A stretch of DNA of 64,000 nt from Amoebidium appalachense (lineage: Eukaryota; Protista; Ichthyosporea). The position numbers were made by a program, and so were the translations under genes. This document shows positions 31,161 through 43,902 of the stretch, piece after piece (the stretch's first letter is position 1; every line of letters begins with the position of its first letter). The stretch covers positions 3,500,159 through 3,564,158 of the forward strand of contig CAVNZM010000007.1 of the NCBI GenBank assembly GCA_963693365.1, given 5' to 3'. Below the pieces are notes generated by a model. It made no database searches. It saw only the letters and a program-made list of their open reading frames with translations, and was not told where the DNA came from.

Positions 31161-31526
31161 GGGGAACCCCAACTAATTGATTTCTCCTTGTAGTCTTTAT
31201 GGTGTCTCGTAGAGAAAGTAAACCCTGATATATAGTCACCACCCGACATCTATGTACGTGATCATGATATACCGCTGAGGGGATATTCCGAGCAAAACCC
31301 CCCCCCCCCATACCTGAGACTGGTTCTCTTTGCCTCGAGTAAACAGCGTAAACCCCATAGTATATGTACATAGTATGTTACCTAGACATTATTGGTTTTT
31401 TCAATAACTACCCACATGCGGCATGTGTTACTTTCACGTTATTGGTTTCCTAGCACGGGATATTCAGCACATAGTTGGGGATGTGGGGGCAGTGTACACT
31501 TCAATATTGGTAAGGTGGTGGGTGGG

Positions 31527-31559
<33 letters not shown>

Positions 31560-32064
31560 GGGGGGGGGGTTCCACACAACCGAAACTGTCGGTGTTACAA
31601 GTGGTTCGGTCTTAGGAAGTTAGTTCTAGAACGGTGATTTTTTAATTAATAGCGGGAAACAATATTATCCCCATTGCATATGGGGGGAACGAGGAGGGGG
31701 GGAAGGGGGGGGGGGGGGGGGGGGCTGGTTTCACAACGAATTCTATCGACTGTGCATAATTAATGTATATTGCACATGTAGCCTGAAAGATTAAAGTGAA
31801 TGTGTGTATGTATATGTGCGAGTATATTTGTGTATGCAATACATGTACAATGTTTTCGTCTTTGTAGGTGGGTGGGTGGGGTGGGTGGGGGGGGGGGGGG
31901 GGGGGGGGGGGGGTGCGGGGGGGGGGGAAGAGGGGGGAGGGGGGGAGGGGGCATCATGATCAGGGATAACAGGGTGTGTGCGTGTGTGCGCTTGTGTGTG
32001 CATGTGCTGTGTGTGTTGTGTAGGTGTGCGCCTGTGTGTGTGTGCGTGCCTGTGTGTGCGCGCC

Positions 32065-32096
<32 letters not shown>

Positions 32097-32130
32097 GTGC
32101 ATGTGTGAGTGTGTGTGTGTGTGTGTGTGC

Positions 32131-32161
<31 letters not shown>

Positions 32162-32511
32162 TGTGTGTGATTTCAAAGAAGTCGAAAGCGCCAGTGACAC
32201 CCATGTTGAAAAAAGGACAAGCAAGCACGCTAAGAAGGACAGCAAGAAGTAACAGGAACCCTTTCATGCCGAAAAAATGGTCAAGAACAAAGAAGTGGAG
32301 GACACGTAACTATAGTCTGATAGTTGTGACTAAGGGCACTAAGGGTAGCGCTAAGGGCACCAAGCTGATGCACGCGCGCGCGCGAGCCGAAATCTATTTT
32401 TATCTTTTTCCTAATCAGGCGCGGCGAATAGTGATTGGCTAAATCCCAATCCGGTTTGCAATTTTTTCTCCATTTAAGCCTGTACGCACGTTGTTTTCTC
32501 CATTTCTCTTC

Positions 32512-32640
32512 CCCCTTCCCGCAGGTCCGCAGGTCCTTTCCCGCAGGTCGCCTGGTCGCAGGTCCCTTCCCGCAGGTCGCCTGGTCGCAGTTCCCTTCCC
32601 GCAGCGCCTGGTCACAGATCCCCTCCGCAGATCACGCAGC
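32512..32640. repeat. About 30-bp GC-rich tandem repeats (CCCGCAGGTCGCCTGGTCGCAGGTCCCTT) x3-4
   Basis: Direct reading; lies downstream of ATTGG/CCAAT motifs at 32434-32450. Confidence 0.8.
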
Positions 32641-33844
32641 CACCGTGCTGATTGTTTTGGACCATGCTGCATGCTGCAGCTTCTTCTTGAAGGTTAGTTT
32701 TGTGTTGCCTGCTTTTGTGCATATGGCGTTTGTCTGTCTGGTCTGTGTCCGTCCTGTGATTATGTCTGTGTCTGTGTCTGTGTGTGTGTGTGTGTATGTG
32801 TGTGTGCGTGCGTGCGTGTGCGTGTGTCTGCTGGCTGCAGATGCACGTTGCCTTTCACGTTCATGAACCAGCGACTGTGGGCACTACTTTTGCTTTTAGC
32901 ACTATAGCTGTCATCCCCTCCACCGATCGTTCAAGCTATTTTCTGCTTCTCTAGACTTCATAAGTTCTGGTCCGGGTTTCCGTCCTTACTATGTTTGAGG
33001 TTGGTTCTGTCGACTCTTTTTTTGCCACTCTCAGTCAGCCCCCTCAGTCCCCCCCCCCCCCCCCCCCTCCGCCCCCCCCCCTCCCCCCCCCACTTCTCGC
33101 AAGTAGCATGAGCTAATTCTTAGCTCGAGTTCCTTTACAGGTTTTGGCAAGGTTGGCCCATGAAGTCATCAGCAGCTATAAGGCTACGTTATCATCTAGA
33201 GGTGGGTACCGGCTCTTTGTCCTATGGCTGCTGTTGTTTCCGTTTTTCGTTTCATAGGTGGGTACCGGCTCTTTGTCCTGTTAAGGTAAATAAAGTATGG
33301 AGGCAAGACCCTGTGGGTCTGGGGCTCTTTGTCCTATGGCTGCTGTTGTTTCCGTGTTTCGTTTCTGTGTTGCTCTTATAGCACATGAATGATCATGTGC
33401 ATGTTTAGCACCCATAGGTGGGTACCGGCTCTTTGTCCTGTTAATTACTCTGCCGGCATTTGGTATGGTATGGTTTGGTGTAAGAGTGCCCCCCTTATAT
33501 TGTCATGTTGGGCGTCCTTTTTTTTTTTTTTTTGGGCCTCATACACATATACACACACCTTGTTACTCTTCTGTCAAGGGATTAGCATGTGTTTAGTTTA
33601 ATGATGTTGGGAGCTTCTTAGAAACCCGCATAATAGTTTGCTTGTTTTGAGTTTTGTTTATGTTCGTTGCTGCTCTTTTATACTCCCTTCCCCCCCCCCC
33701 CCCCCCCCCCCTCCCGGCGGGGGGGAGGAAGGAGATGGGGGTGGGGAGGATGAGGATGAGGACTAGTGGGATGATAGAAGCCCCCCCCCCCCCCCCACCC
33801 TCTTTTTTTTTTTCTTTTTTTGATATGTTTTGGTGTCTAGTGCA

Positions 33845-34032
33845 GTCTGGAGCAGACTCCGGAGTCGAGACATAGAAATTTGTTGTATTGCAGTCTCGCT
33901 CCTGTGGAACGAGACTTAAAAAATTTGTAACAAGTTGTGAGAAAAAACAAACTGTCAGGCGTGGTCTCTGCTCCAGTGGAGCGAGACAAAAAAGTACATA
34001 TGGTATCCGTCTCTGCTCCTGTGGAGCGAGAC
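33845..34032. repeat. Cluster of 3-4 palindromic 23-24 bp repeats, GTCTC(T)GCTCCWGTGGAGCGAGAC
   Basis: Copies at 33893-33915, 33964-33987, 34009-34032 and a degenerate one at 33845-33871. Confidence 0.85.
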
Positions 34033-35619
34033 GCAAAGAAACATCTTTATGCGCTCTTCTTACCGTCTGATGTCATATTGTATGTGTCCTTACAGTGATT
34101 TTATGACGTATGATGTATGATATCATTATCATACATTGAACATGCCATTATGCATGTAAGGATGGGTTTATGACGCACCAAAAAGCAAATTGTGCATGTG
34201 CATAGCACACCCTTACAACATATGCAAGTGTACGTTACGACGTCAAATGTATTAATATGCGTCATCTACATTATATGTCGTAATGTCTTCCTATGCATCT
34301 GTTTACAACATCGTAATGTAATCTGTAGTAGGATGCAAATCACATCTTATGATAGGTCATGGGTTAGCACAAACCCACCCATGGTATATCCACTGGTTGT
34401 GTTTCGGATGTCGGAAAGGGCGTCTGAACGATTGGATTTCGATCTATTTTTATAATCAACTGGATGGTTTTGCAGTGCTCCATTGCATTGCTTTACAACA
34501 AACGATAGACATACATGTGATAGTCATACGTATTTGATCAAGACGGTATTAATACCATACATTCGATGCGTTTACAGTGCTCCGTTATATGGCTTTACAT
34601 CAAACCATAGACATGCATAAGATCGTCCACAGGGTGGCGTTCTGATCCTCCCGTAGACGGTGTTACGACTGTCTGAATGCCCCCTGGCCGCCGTCATATA
34701 CCCACCGACTGGACGTCGTATGTTGGATCTATTGCACGTCGGTTAGATGGCTACATTGCACACCCATTGGATATGCACTCGCGGGGTTCTATGTACATCC
34801 ATTGGTGCATCGGGTATCGGATCGAGCAGATTACGACACATCCATTGGACGTCGGGGAGCAATGATATGTATTTGGGGTTAGTTTTGGAGGTGTTGAGGG
34901 GTTTCCGATGTCGTCGGGTAGTTTACGACAGCTTTTGGATGCCGCAACAAGATTGCTGATGCAGGTCCAACAGTACACTTGGCCACCTGTGTGCACTACG
35001 CTGTGACTACTAGAACCGATTGATCTGGGTTTGTCAGTCGGATTCAAGGGGATAACACAGTTGGGTTGGATAGGATAGCTTTGCTTAAACGTTCGTCACA
35101 TGGGATTGTAGACATGTTTCTTGATGTTATGGTGATACCGGTATACGCGGTTCCCCATACCTTCTCCTATATTCCTGCATAACACTCACGACCAGAGCAC
35201 CTTTGTCTACGTAAGCACACAAAATAACCGTTTACGTAAATAGAGTAAAGTTTAATAACAAGAAACATTGGATTGTAGACATGATAGGACATGGTCCTGA
35301 TAATAAAGACCTACCACTAAGGCTGCAAGCACGAGAGTGTCCATCCGTGTCAGTGCCTTGAGGCAAACGAGTTGACCATGTGTGTGTTTTTGACATTGTG
35401 TTACTAGCCACTCTTTCTTTGTGCATGTGAACACCCGTCATGCATACACATCCAAAAGGACGCAGGCACATGCACTTCCACGAATCCAGCTGTGTGTTCT
35501 ATTTCTTGTTGTTTAGCTTCTGAATCGAGAGGCACAGACGTACGGTCGATCCCCACATGAGTGTACTATCCTTAGCACCCCCCCTTTCCCCCCCCCCCCC
35601 CCTCCCCCCCCCCCCCCAA

Positions 35620-35650
<31 letters not shown>

Positions 35651-36358
35651 TATTAATAAAACTAAATACAAGTAAAAAAAACACACAAACAACCAACCCC
35701 CCCCCCCCCAAAAAAAAAATAAAATAAAATAAATTAAATAAATTAAATAAAATAATATAAAAAACACGCACAAACGCACCCCGGCCGCATTGAACTAACC
35801 TATGTGATGTCTGGCATCTTTTCACACGTGTATGAACCCTTAATCGCCTGGCCTTAAGTGCAAGCAGTGCATTAATTGCGGGCCTCATATATGGCGAAGC
35901 ATATATGGCCTCATGCAGTGGCAGCCCCCGGCCCCCCTCCCCCCCCTCCACACATATACACACTAGGCTACTTGCACCCCTACCCCACCCCACCTATGCA
36001 CCCCTGAGCCCGCCCCAACCCCCGCCATTGTCCCCCGTAGGCCTTCCCTTTCTCCCTTTAAAAAGAACGTCTGGCATATTAGAGTAAATAAACACATGCA
36101 CCCAACACAATAATACAATCAATAGCTTCCAAAAACACCACGAACGTAGGGCCCACTCCCATATCAGTGTACTGATACCAGGTTGTGTGGGCACATACAC
36201 AGCTCAAAGTCCACATGTAGCACGAGCTCGAGCTGGATTATCATGTTTGTCATGAGTCTCCGCAGTGCATTCACATATGTAATGTGTGTGACGTGCACGC
36301 ATGTTTGTGTATGCATGTGTTTAAGCCGTGGTGTGTGCCTTTCATTTGTGGGCCCGGT

Positions 36359-36399
<41 letters not shown>

Positions 36400-36669
36400 A
36401 GCCAGTACAACGTGGCAAACGTGAACCCCCGGCCCATCCCCCCTCCTGGCCCATCCTCCCTCCCTTTCCCAACGTGCACCAGCATCCCCCCCCCCCCCCC
36501 CCCTCCCCCCACCTCCCCCTCCCGCTCCTTCGATTTATATCTATGTGACTCCTCAGAAAGTTTCTTAATAAATATGCATACACAAAATATAGTACACAAA
36601 TATCTCGTTGGAGTCTCTTATTCGTGGTTGCTGACTCTATGTGCACGGGAGGTTGCAGAACGGGCTAAA

Positions 36670-36701
<32 letters not shown>

Positions 36702-36908
36702 GGGGAGGGGGGGGGGGGGGGGGCTGTGAGTGTATGTCGGAGGGGGGCTGTGGAAGAGGATATCGAGATTGGTGATGAGTACCCACGACATACTTGTGTA
36801 CTATATTTTGTGTATGCATATCTGGTATGTGTGCCGGTGTGCTCGTGCCACAGTGTGCATGTGTGGATATCGATGCACTAATTATGTGGGTGTGGGTGGG
36901 TGCAATGA

Positions 36909-36957
<49 letters not shown>

Positions 36958-37504
36958 CGCGTTTTATATTGTATGTCATTAGCAATCTTTGTGTTTTAAT
37001 TACTATGGCATGTGGGCACAACGGATTTGCCACGAATCGTGGCACTGTGTGTGTGGTGTGTGCGTGACATTTCCCGATGATTTTTACCGCCCTCCTTTGG
37101 GGGGGAGGGGGGAATGGGAGAAGGCATGATATCTAAACTTCACTGGCAGTTCCCAATCGCATGGGGGTGCAAACGTCGGAATTCTAGGTATTTCATATGC
37201 CTTGCGCACTGGGCAATGCATGCCATGTGCTAAGATCTGCAGTTGCAAAAGAGATTTAAGAGAAGGCTTACAGGGGGCAATGGAGAGTAATATACTAGCA
37301 TCTTTGAGTTTGGGTAGCCCCACGGCCACCCAATCTTATCCCCCCCCCCCCCCCACCTTCTCCCCCCCCCCCTCTCCCCCCCCCCCCCCCCCCCCCCCCC
37401 CCCACACACACATAAACAAATACACACAAACCACAACAACAACCGAGGGATTGCAGGGGAGCATGTACAGCTGCAGGTTGTTGCATTTGAAGTTACGGGG
37501 TATG

Positions 37505-38697
37505 TGTTATTTTGTGTGGGTAAACGGAGAAGCAGAGAGCACAGATGGGTGTTATGTAAAACACAACACAAAGACACACGGGAAAAACACAACCGGAGAG
37601 GAGGAACGATTTCTGGAACCATAGGAAGTGAATACGACTGCTTGTGATTTATTTCAAGATGAGGTCCCTTTTATACTTGGGAATGTGAAACGATAAACCA
37701 ATCAAAAGAATGAAAACTATGAGTGTAAAATATATCGAATAAAATGTCTGTCGACATTTAGAATATAAAACTCAATCCTCTAATGAAAGAAACTTCTAAT
37801 AAAAGCACGGAAACATTTAATAAAATGAAACCACTTATGTAACTATTAATTCATAACATATATTTATACATGTTCTTATCATAACACGTCTAAATATAAT
37901 TATTCCTAATAGTTGAAGAACATAGCACAATGCTACGTCGTGGGAAAGAAATGAGAAAGGAATGTAAGTTACTATATTTGGGAAAATACAAACGAGATAT
38001 GATTGGATGACATATATAGATTTTGACGCAAACGACAATACGTGTGCGCGAGCTAAGTATGTCGATACGTACACAGATCTAAGATGTCGTGTACACGGAA
38101 ACGGAAAAGAAAGAAAGAAATGAAGAAAGGAAAAAGGAAACAAACTACAACAACTAATAAATAAATACCAAACTCAACTTCTAAGTCTTGCTGAGAATTA
38201 AGTGAAGATGACATCCCCACTCAAGGGTTGGAAGTTGGGTTCTCGTGAAGTTTGTTGATGTGACTGTTGATGTTAAGACTTTCACACATGTAGAAGTAGG
38301 TGCCGTGAAGTCACAGTCAAGTTTCCCCACTCGAGAAGACAATGGAGAAGACTTGAACGTGCAAGCCGGGGAAGAAAACCAAAACGGAAGAAGCACACAA
38401 CGACGGTTGCCTCTGAAGACTCGGAAGATGACGGTAGCCAATGACGTGATATATAAATATATATAGAAGAAACAACTAGTGTATGTGTGACGTGTTGGTG
38501 GCTAATGATAAATACATTATATATATGGTGGTATATAAATAAACGACGGATGGTGGAGAAGAAATCCCCACTGAAGATGCACACACTGAAGATCGATGAA
38601 GACAGCAGTAGACTTTCGTTGGGAGGTGTCTCTACACGGTGATGTGTAGACCACTGGCCAGGGCCCCAACCTACTTGAAGACCACTGTAGATGAACC

Positions 38698-38728
<31 letters not shown>

Positions 38729-41700
38729 CTCAGTCACGAAGACTGAGTGAATCACGGTGCTGCTCGTGGGAGCTGCTCGTGGGAGGGCCCGGGCAGGGGC
38801 TTGGTGAAGATGTCAGCCACGTTGTCTTTGCTGGACACGTAGGTGACGACCACATCCCCACTCTTGATGTAGTCCTTCGTGTTGTGGTAACGGACTGCAA
38901 TGTGTTTGGTCCGGTGCTTGATGCTGTTGGTGTGCAGGAGGGCAATGGTGGACTGGTTGTCACAGTAGACGGGGGTGGGGTCGGTCATCGGGTAGCCGAG
39001 TTCACGGAGGAGATCACGGTGCCAGATGACGTTTTGAACAGCAGCATTGATGGCCAGAAGCTCAGCCTCGGTGGTGGATGTTGCCGTGATGGACTGCAGC
39101 TTCGAATACCATGTGATGGGTATGCCCTTGAAGAAGATGACGTATCCGGTGGTTGAACGACGGGTGTTGGGGCAGTTGGCAAAGTCAGCATCAGAATAAC
39201 ACTCCAGCAAGGGGGTGTTGTCGTCGGAAGCAGACTTGTCGTAGTGAAGGCCGAGGTTGGAAGTGCCGATGAGGTACCGAACTACACGGAGTAGACATTC
39301 CCATGCAAGTTTGGTGGGGTTGGCACTGAATCTACCGAGGTAGCCGATGGCAAAGGAGATGTCGGGCCGGGAACAACGAGCAACCCACAAAAGACGGCTG
39401 AGTAGTTCACGGTAGGGAACCTTGATGGGTGGTGAGTCGTTCTCGTTGATGGTGATGACGGTGCCGACGGGAATGGGAGTAGCCTTGGGGTGAGCATCGT
39501 TGAGGTTGAAGTCTCTGACGATGTCGTTGATGTAGGATTGCTGAAGCAGCTTGAGGTGACCGGGGGTGTGGATGAGCTGGGTGCCAAGGAAGATGTCGGG
39601 AAGGTCAACCTTGCAGAGAGCTGACTTCATGATGTGGTCTACTAGATCCTTGGTGTGGGAGGAGTTGGCCGTGCAGATGATGATGACGTCGTCCACATAG
39701 TTGCCAGTGAGGATGATGTCACCGTTGGGGAAGGTCTTGATGTAGACACATGGATCTGAACGGAGACGTTCGAGACCGTGAGCAAGGAGGACCTTGTCGA
39801 AGTACTCATACCAGGCCAGTGATGCTTGCTTGAGCCCGTAGAGTGCCTTCTTAAGTTTCCAGACCTTGTGTTCGTTGCCGGGGGTGATGAAGCCAGGTGG
39901 TGGCTCAATGTAGATGTCTTCTTGAAGAGGACTGTTGAGGAAGGCAGTTGAGACGTCGAGTTGATGAATCTCATGGTTGCCGTCCACACCGATGGCAAGG
40001 AGGGCACGGACGGAGGAGGACATCACCACGGGGGAAGAGGTGTCACCGTAGTCAACACCGTAGACTTGAGTGAAGCCCTTTGCAACACCACGAGCTTTGA
40101 TTTTGGTGTCACCGGCTGAGTTGAGGACTTTCTCAGTCACAATCCACTTGAACTTGATGATGTTGGCACCAGGGGGGGGATCAACAATGGTGAAGACATC
40201 CTTGGTGATGAAGGCTTGGTACTCGGAGGTGAGGGCAGCTATGACGGCATCACCGTTGGGACCGTTGCAAAGCTTTTGAATGCCCTTGGGGAGCTGGTCA
40301 ATGTTGATGGTCGGTGCTACGATGCTGACCAGTGCCGTTGGAGTCTTGGTGAGACGTGTAGACCGACGAAGGTTGGGCTTGGGGGGGTCCTTGAGGGGGG
40401 TGGTGGCCGGGTAGGTGGTGGAGGCCGGGATAGGGGCATGGAAGCCAGGAATAGGACCGGTGGTGAGGGGGGCATCGGTGTCCACAGGGCTGCTCGTGGC
40501 CGAGTGGAAGGTGGGGGACCCAGGACGAACCGGAGTCATGTAGCCGGGTTGATGCACAGCAACGGGGGGGCCGGCAGCAAGGGTTGTTGGCCAGTGGGGG
40601 GGGGGCTCGGGGGAGGCACGGGTTCAACCGGGGCTGGTTGGTTGTGCCAGGACGGTTGGGAGATGACCACAGACGGAGTTTCATCGTCGTCGTCGGAGGG
40701 GGGGTCCAATGTCGGCAGATCGGGTTTGGGGGGAACGGAGACCTGATTGGTGCTGCCCGTGAATTTCGACTCGTCGAAGATCACATCACGGCAGATCTTG
40801 ATTTGGTTGCTGGCAAGGTCGAGGATCTTGTGTGCCTTGGAGGGTAGGTCCCAGCCGACGTAGGTGCCGACTCTGACGGTTGATGCCAGCTTGTTCCTCT
40901 TTGACCGGGGAACATGGACATAGGCAGGGGAGCCGAACACGTGGAGCTGGGAGACGTCGGGTTTGAAGCCGTGGAAGGCCTCGAAGGGAGTGTTGCCGTT
41001 GGCAGCAGATGACGGTGTGACGTTGATGATGTAGCTTGTATGCTTGAGAGCAGCAACCCACAACTTGGGAGAGAGAGGTTGGTCCTTGTCGGCATGGAGG
41101 AAGCAACGGACTGTCTCTTGCAGTTCTCTCATCTTCCGTTCAACAACACCATTGTGTTGTGGTGTGTCGACGGGGGCAAACTCCATGATGATGCCTTTCT
41201 GCTTGCAGTAGGCCTCGGTGTCCTTGGAGGTGAATTCAGAGCCGGAGTCAAACCGAAGATGGGTGACGATCTCAGGTGTCTGACGTTCGATGGTTTCAAC
41301 GAGAGACTGAATGTGGCTGAGGGTTTCACCACGGTTGTAAAGGGGGAACACGGTGGTGTAACCGGTGGCATCACAAACACACACCAGAGCAACCTTGTAG
41401 CCTCCGTAGGAAGCACAGGGAGCTTCGAAGAAGTCCAGGTGCCACTTAGCACCGGGAATGGTGAACTTGGAACGGGTGCCGGGAAAGGGGGCCTTGGTGG
41501 TCTTGCCAGACATGCAGCCGAAGCAGTCACTGTTGTCGGGTGACTTGAGGGAGGGGGGCATGCCGATGACAAGCTCATCCTTGGCCATCCTGGTGACGGT
41601 GGAGAGGGCACGGTGGCCGAGACGGTTGTGCCAAAGGGTGAGGTCGTCGGGTGGTTGAGTCCTTGCTGTGTAGGCTTGGACCCCCGGGTGTTTAGGAGTC

Positions 41701-43890
41701 TCAATCACATAGTCAGTGATGTAGTAGAGACCGTCGAGGGGGGTGAGATCTGTAATAATGTCACCATTACGGCTGTAGAGGAACGACGGGTGGTTGTCTG
41801 TATCGTCACAATGACCTAGGAGGCCGGCAGCTGATGCCATGGAGGTAGACACGAGGAAAGACGGTGCCTCGGGTACGTAGTAAGCATTGATGCTGCACGG
41901 TGTTGGGTGGCCGTTGTAGTGCAGTGTTATGTTGATGATGCCACGTTGTTTGGCATTGACTGTGCCGAGGCCGTGAATGGGGGTGGGAGGACACGGGGTA
42001 AGGGAGGAGAAATACTCCTTGATGGGGCAGATGTGTGCATTACAAGCACTGTCCCAGACGGGGTCGTTACTGTCAGGTGTGCCGGTGGAGGAGATGAGTG
42101 CAAATTTCACACTCTTGTCACCTTTCTCCTGCTGGGCACGACGAGCAACTGTGCAGCCAGGCTCCGGGCATGCTGTGATGTGGTGGGGCTCATGGCAGTA
42201 GGAACACTTCACACTGTTGGTGTTGTGCTGTCGGTTACGGTTGTCCCTGTTACCACGGTGGTAAGGGGAAGTTGAACGGGGGCCGGGTGACTTGGAGGGA
42301 GGACGAGGATCACGGGAACGGGACGGGGAACGGTGAGGTGTATGCTCACGTCGAGGAATACGGTTACGGAGGTCACCGGGGGGAAGCACTCTGCTCTGGA
42401 GTGCACGGAGGGGACGGTTGTTGACGGTTGCACCTGTGCCTGCGTCGATGAGGCCGGCACGGATTTCAGCTCCTCGGATGTCACTGATGAGCATGTTGAA
42501 GGACGGGTAGGCCTTGTTGTTCATCCAGTAGTCGGAGCAGAGACGTTCAATGTCGGGGCAGGCCAGGGCTGTGTTCTTCCGGATGTGGAGGAAGAACTTA
42601 CGTACGACATCCTTGTGCTGGACGGGTTCGTCGAGGCAGGCAAGTGTCGTAGCCAGACGTTGGAGACGGGTGAGGTATGCTGTGACGTTGGGGTAGTCTC
42701 GTAGTTCAAGCTCCTCGAAGGTGACTTGAATCTGGGTGACTCGGGCCTCCTTCTCTGCTACATACGCCATACGTAGGTTGTGGAAGACTTCACCACCGTG
42801 GACACCGTCTTGCATCCGGCCGGAGTCGTAGAGCTCGGTCGGGTGGACGGACTGGTTGAGGATCTGGTCGAGGACGTCGGAAGCTTTCTTGTAGGAGTCC
42901 TTGGTGGTGTAGCCTAGCCACTGGTTGGCTTCAGCGCCGTCAACCCACTGTGGCCTCTTGATAGCGTCAACGAATTTCTCGGCAATGGTGGTTCTAATGA
43001 ACCGGTGAATGAGTGGCTCCCACTCGAAATAATTAAGACGTTTCTCGTCTCGTTTCTCGGACGGATTCCATATTGGAAGGTTGATATACGACGGTTTGTC
43101 AGTCATGATTGAAGCAGTAAGACTGAGAGATTTTCGCGGTTGTAGCGAGATTGTGTGTTAGCGTGCAAAGGGGCCGTAAACCTGTTATTTTGTGTGGGTA
43201 AACGGAGAAGCAGAGAGCACAGATGGGTGTTATGTAAAACACAACACAAAGACACACGGGAAAAACACAACCGGAGAGGAGGAACGATTTCTGGAACCAT
43301 AGGAAGTGAATACGACTGCTTGTGATTTATTTCAAGATGAGGTCCCTTTTATACTTGGGAATGTGAAACGATAAACCAATCAAAAGAATGAAAACTATGA
43401 GTGTAAAATATATCGAATAAAATGTCTGTCGACATTTAGAATATAAAACTCAATCCTCTAATGAAAGAAACTTCTAATAAAAGCACGGAAACATTTAATA
43501 AAATGAAACCACTTATGTAACTATTAATTCATAACATATATTTATACATGTTCTTATCATAACACGTCTAAATATAATTATTCCTAATAGTTGAAGAACA
43601 TAGCACAATGCTACGTCGTGGGAAAGAAATGAGAAAGGAATTAAGTTACTATATTTGGGAAAATACAAACGAGATATGATTGGATGACATATATAGATTT
43701 TGACGCAAACGACAATACGTGTGCGCGAGCTAAGTATGTCGATACGTACACAGATCTAAGATGTCGTGTACACGGAAACGGAAAAGAAAGAAAGAAATGA
43801 AGAAAGGAAAAAGGAAACAAACTACAACAACTAATAAATAAATACCAAACTCAACTTCTAAGTCTTGCTGAGAATTAAGTGAAGATGACA
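37505..43890 (-). mobile_element. Ty1/copia family Copia-3, full length and recent
   Basis: LTRs 43183-43890 and 37505-38213 nearly identical; TSD GTATG at 37500-37504 and 43891-43895; PBS-like GGTTTACGGCCC (43182-43171); PPT GAGTGGGGA (38222-38214). Confidence 0.98.
38730..43106 (-). CDS. Copia-3 Gag-Pol; frameshifts near 40600 (homopolymer) and near 38770
   Basis: ORFs 40536-43106 and 38752-40557: CSYCHEPHHITAC, WDSAC, HNRLGH..CFGC, FDSGSEF, QLDVSTAF, YVDD, YSDADF, ADIFTK. Confidence 0.92.
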
Positions 43891-43902
43891 GTATGTGACG
43901 GT

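Larger units (their letters stand above)
26070..31330 (-). pseudogene. Degenerate intron-containing Plavaka/CACTA-like DNA transposase, interrupted by a satellite and Ng-3
   Basis: Ordered exon remnants: NIPSAVYHDHVH...VPRF (about 31290-31155), LRVFSIKSRML*FTGY (30957-30910), IE*YSMVTGYEFTEDSLNEMNERYR (about 26560-26490), FGKAAYECF...SKFHAGVHYSDDYRLFGPVESAESWERAHKYYCKMPYRMT (about 26268-26090). Resembles the KxH...RxFG...ExxH...AYRxT block of this family; recognised from memory, no HMM run. Confidence 0.65.

Noticed and set aside
34350-35200. Possible degenerate coding exons
   Set aside because: Multiple stops and no motif I recognise; needs a translated homology search
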